Positions 62,607 to 64,000 of a DNA stretch of 64,000 nt are shown piece after piece. The stretch covers positions 2,108,001 to 2,172,000 of the forward strand of contig CDRNST010000007.1 of assembly GCA_977016875.1 (NCBI GenBank). The letters run 5' to 3'. A program made the translations under genes and the position numbers. Positions within the stretch are counted from its first letter, which is position 1, and each line of letters starts with the position of its first letter. Origin of the DNA: Pavona decussata (Eukaryota). The notes beneath the pieces were generated by a model that worked only from the letters and a program-made list of their open reading frames with translations, had not been told where the DNA came from and searched no databases.

Positions 62607-63519
62607 TTTACGACTTTCGCCACACAACAACTTGTAACCCACTCGAAACACCTAAGACTTCGAAACTTGCATTGCCAAGAAAGGCTTCAAATTTAAAATC
62701 CATTCCTGATTCTTAATTCAATTTTAAGCTCAAAGTTTCCTATTTTAAGTAAAGGAAAACAAAGAATACAAAATCAGAGAAAACTGATTAAACAAGTAGT
62801 TATCTACGGAAAACTCATCTTTCATTTCAGGATGTTTTTAGCGAGCTAACGACACGACATGATAACTCCCGACTTAAAAACCGAGGAACTGATTCTTGTT
62901 CTACGTAAATTAATTTTAAACTTAAGTTGTTTTGTAATTTATTGAAACATATTTTTAATATTGATTCAAGATTAAAGGTCACGAAATTTTAATATTTCAA
63001 ACGAGAAATGACAAATTTTTCCCATGTTTGACTTCCACTAAAAAACAGATTTAATCTGGTTAGTACCTCAATACTGAGTGGACAAATATTTAATATACTA
63101 AAAAACCTTGTTACAAAAAACAAATAAATAAATTTCGGCTCGGAAATCATATTTACAAAAGTAAATATAATAAAAAAAACCTATAGAAAATTTGAGAATC
63201 TGTTCTCTCTATCCTTTGAATGAAATAGAAAACGAATCACATTCTATTTCTTCTTTTCATCGTTATAACAATATTAGTTTAAATTTTCTCATAAAATTTT
63301 AAGGTGATAAATTTTGTTTCTTTTTTTATGCGTTTGTCTCTAAATCTACGCTGCCTTGATCTTTTTCTCATGCGATGACCTGTCCATGGTTGTTCTGTGA
63401 TAATTGCGTTCTACAAAGGAGAACGAAAGCCTAATCTTGGGCTTTGTTGGTGATCATGTGGTACGTGTTGGATTACCTGTTTCCCTGAGGCAGATAAAAT
63501 CGAGAAAACTGTAGTCAGA

Positions 63520-63850
63520 GTGCTTACAGAGTGCTTAGCCAAAAATTCGGAAATTTCGGTTTGAAGTAAAAAGGTAAGGTAATTTTCCGGAAATTCCGTT
63601 CGGAAATTGTGGAGTACCCTCAGAGATACTCCTCTTTTCCCATTCGGAACGGAACGGCGGAAAATTCCTTACCATTTGAATGAATCCTCCCTCCGTTTTC
63701 AGGTCTTTTCCTGCTAGAGCGGGACGAAACGCCTGATAGATAAATGGTAAGCGCAATCTCATCCGGTTGGATGGTCGAATTTGGAAAATCCCTTACCATT
63801 ATGCAACAGTTACACCAACCGGATTTTTCCTACAAATGGTAAGAACCCCC
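63520..63850. repeat. Interspersed repeat (MITE-like) with TTCCG/CGGAA and CTTACCATT motifs
   Basis: Recurrent CGGAAATT and CCTTACCATT / AATGGTAAG motifs; explains ORF 63535..63762. Confidence 0.55.
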
Positions 63851-64000
63851 TGTAATGAACGGATGCAAATTTGCCTCGCTTTCAAGTATGATCCTATGAC
63901 GTCAAGCCTTCACAAACGGCAAGGCAAGCAAACGATCGTATTTCAAGGCACGTTCTGCGCTGGTTCGTTAGTTCACTTTTTAGCCTGCGAGCCCAAGAGA

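Noticed and set aside
62074-63510. Possible 5'UTR exon of the HYR gene (donor at 62079) and a last exon of an upstream minus-strand gene (~63345-63490)
   Set aside because: Splice-like signals only; no recognisable protein and not enough support without transcripts.

Overview
AT-rich, repeat-rich, intron-containing animal DNA. It is most likely a scleractinian coral, inferred only from familiar interspersed repeats and a ~104-bp satellite. The ORF track misses most real genes because they are spliced. The main content (1.6-50.8 kb) is a tandem cluster of small two-exon genes encoding secreted prepropeptides. Exon 1 encodes a 21-26 aa signal peptide followed directly by a short two-Cys (putatively disulfide-cyclised) peptide. 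This peptide usually starts with Gln (putative pyroGlu) and often ends in GKR, GR, KR or RR. A phase-0 intron follows, then an exon 2 encoding a 45-67 aa acidic/basic associated peptide. I count 14 intact first exons, 2 disabled first exons and 11 second exons. Predicted peptides include pQWNCPFDYRC-NH2, pQYRCMFTGCG-NH2, pQTWKCIFTRCG-NH2, KPACGNGWNRMFGDCLS-NH2, pQKCAGWSIPLGGCV, pQCSDWGTVFTGGKC, pQQSPWVCLYRPC and a pQxxC(T/V)(L/M)HPC group. At several loci two or three first exons, mostly with their own TATA box, lie upstream of a single second exon. The cluster has been reshaped by a ~10 kb tandem duplication, a transposon-linked inversion and a transposon-linked deletion. The right end holds a minus-strand gene with 7 coding exons for a secreted HYR-HYR-Sushi (SVEP1-module-like) protein. 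Many MITEs and SINE fragments are interspersed. All gene models are manual, with no expression or database evidence.
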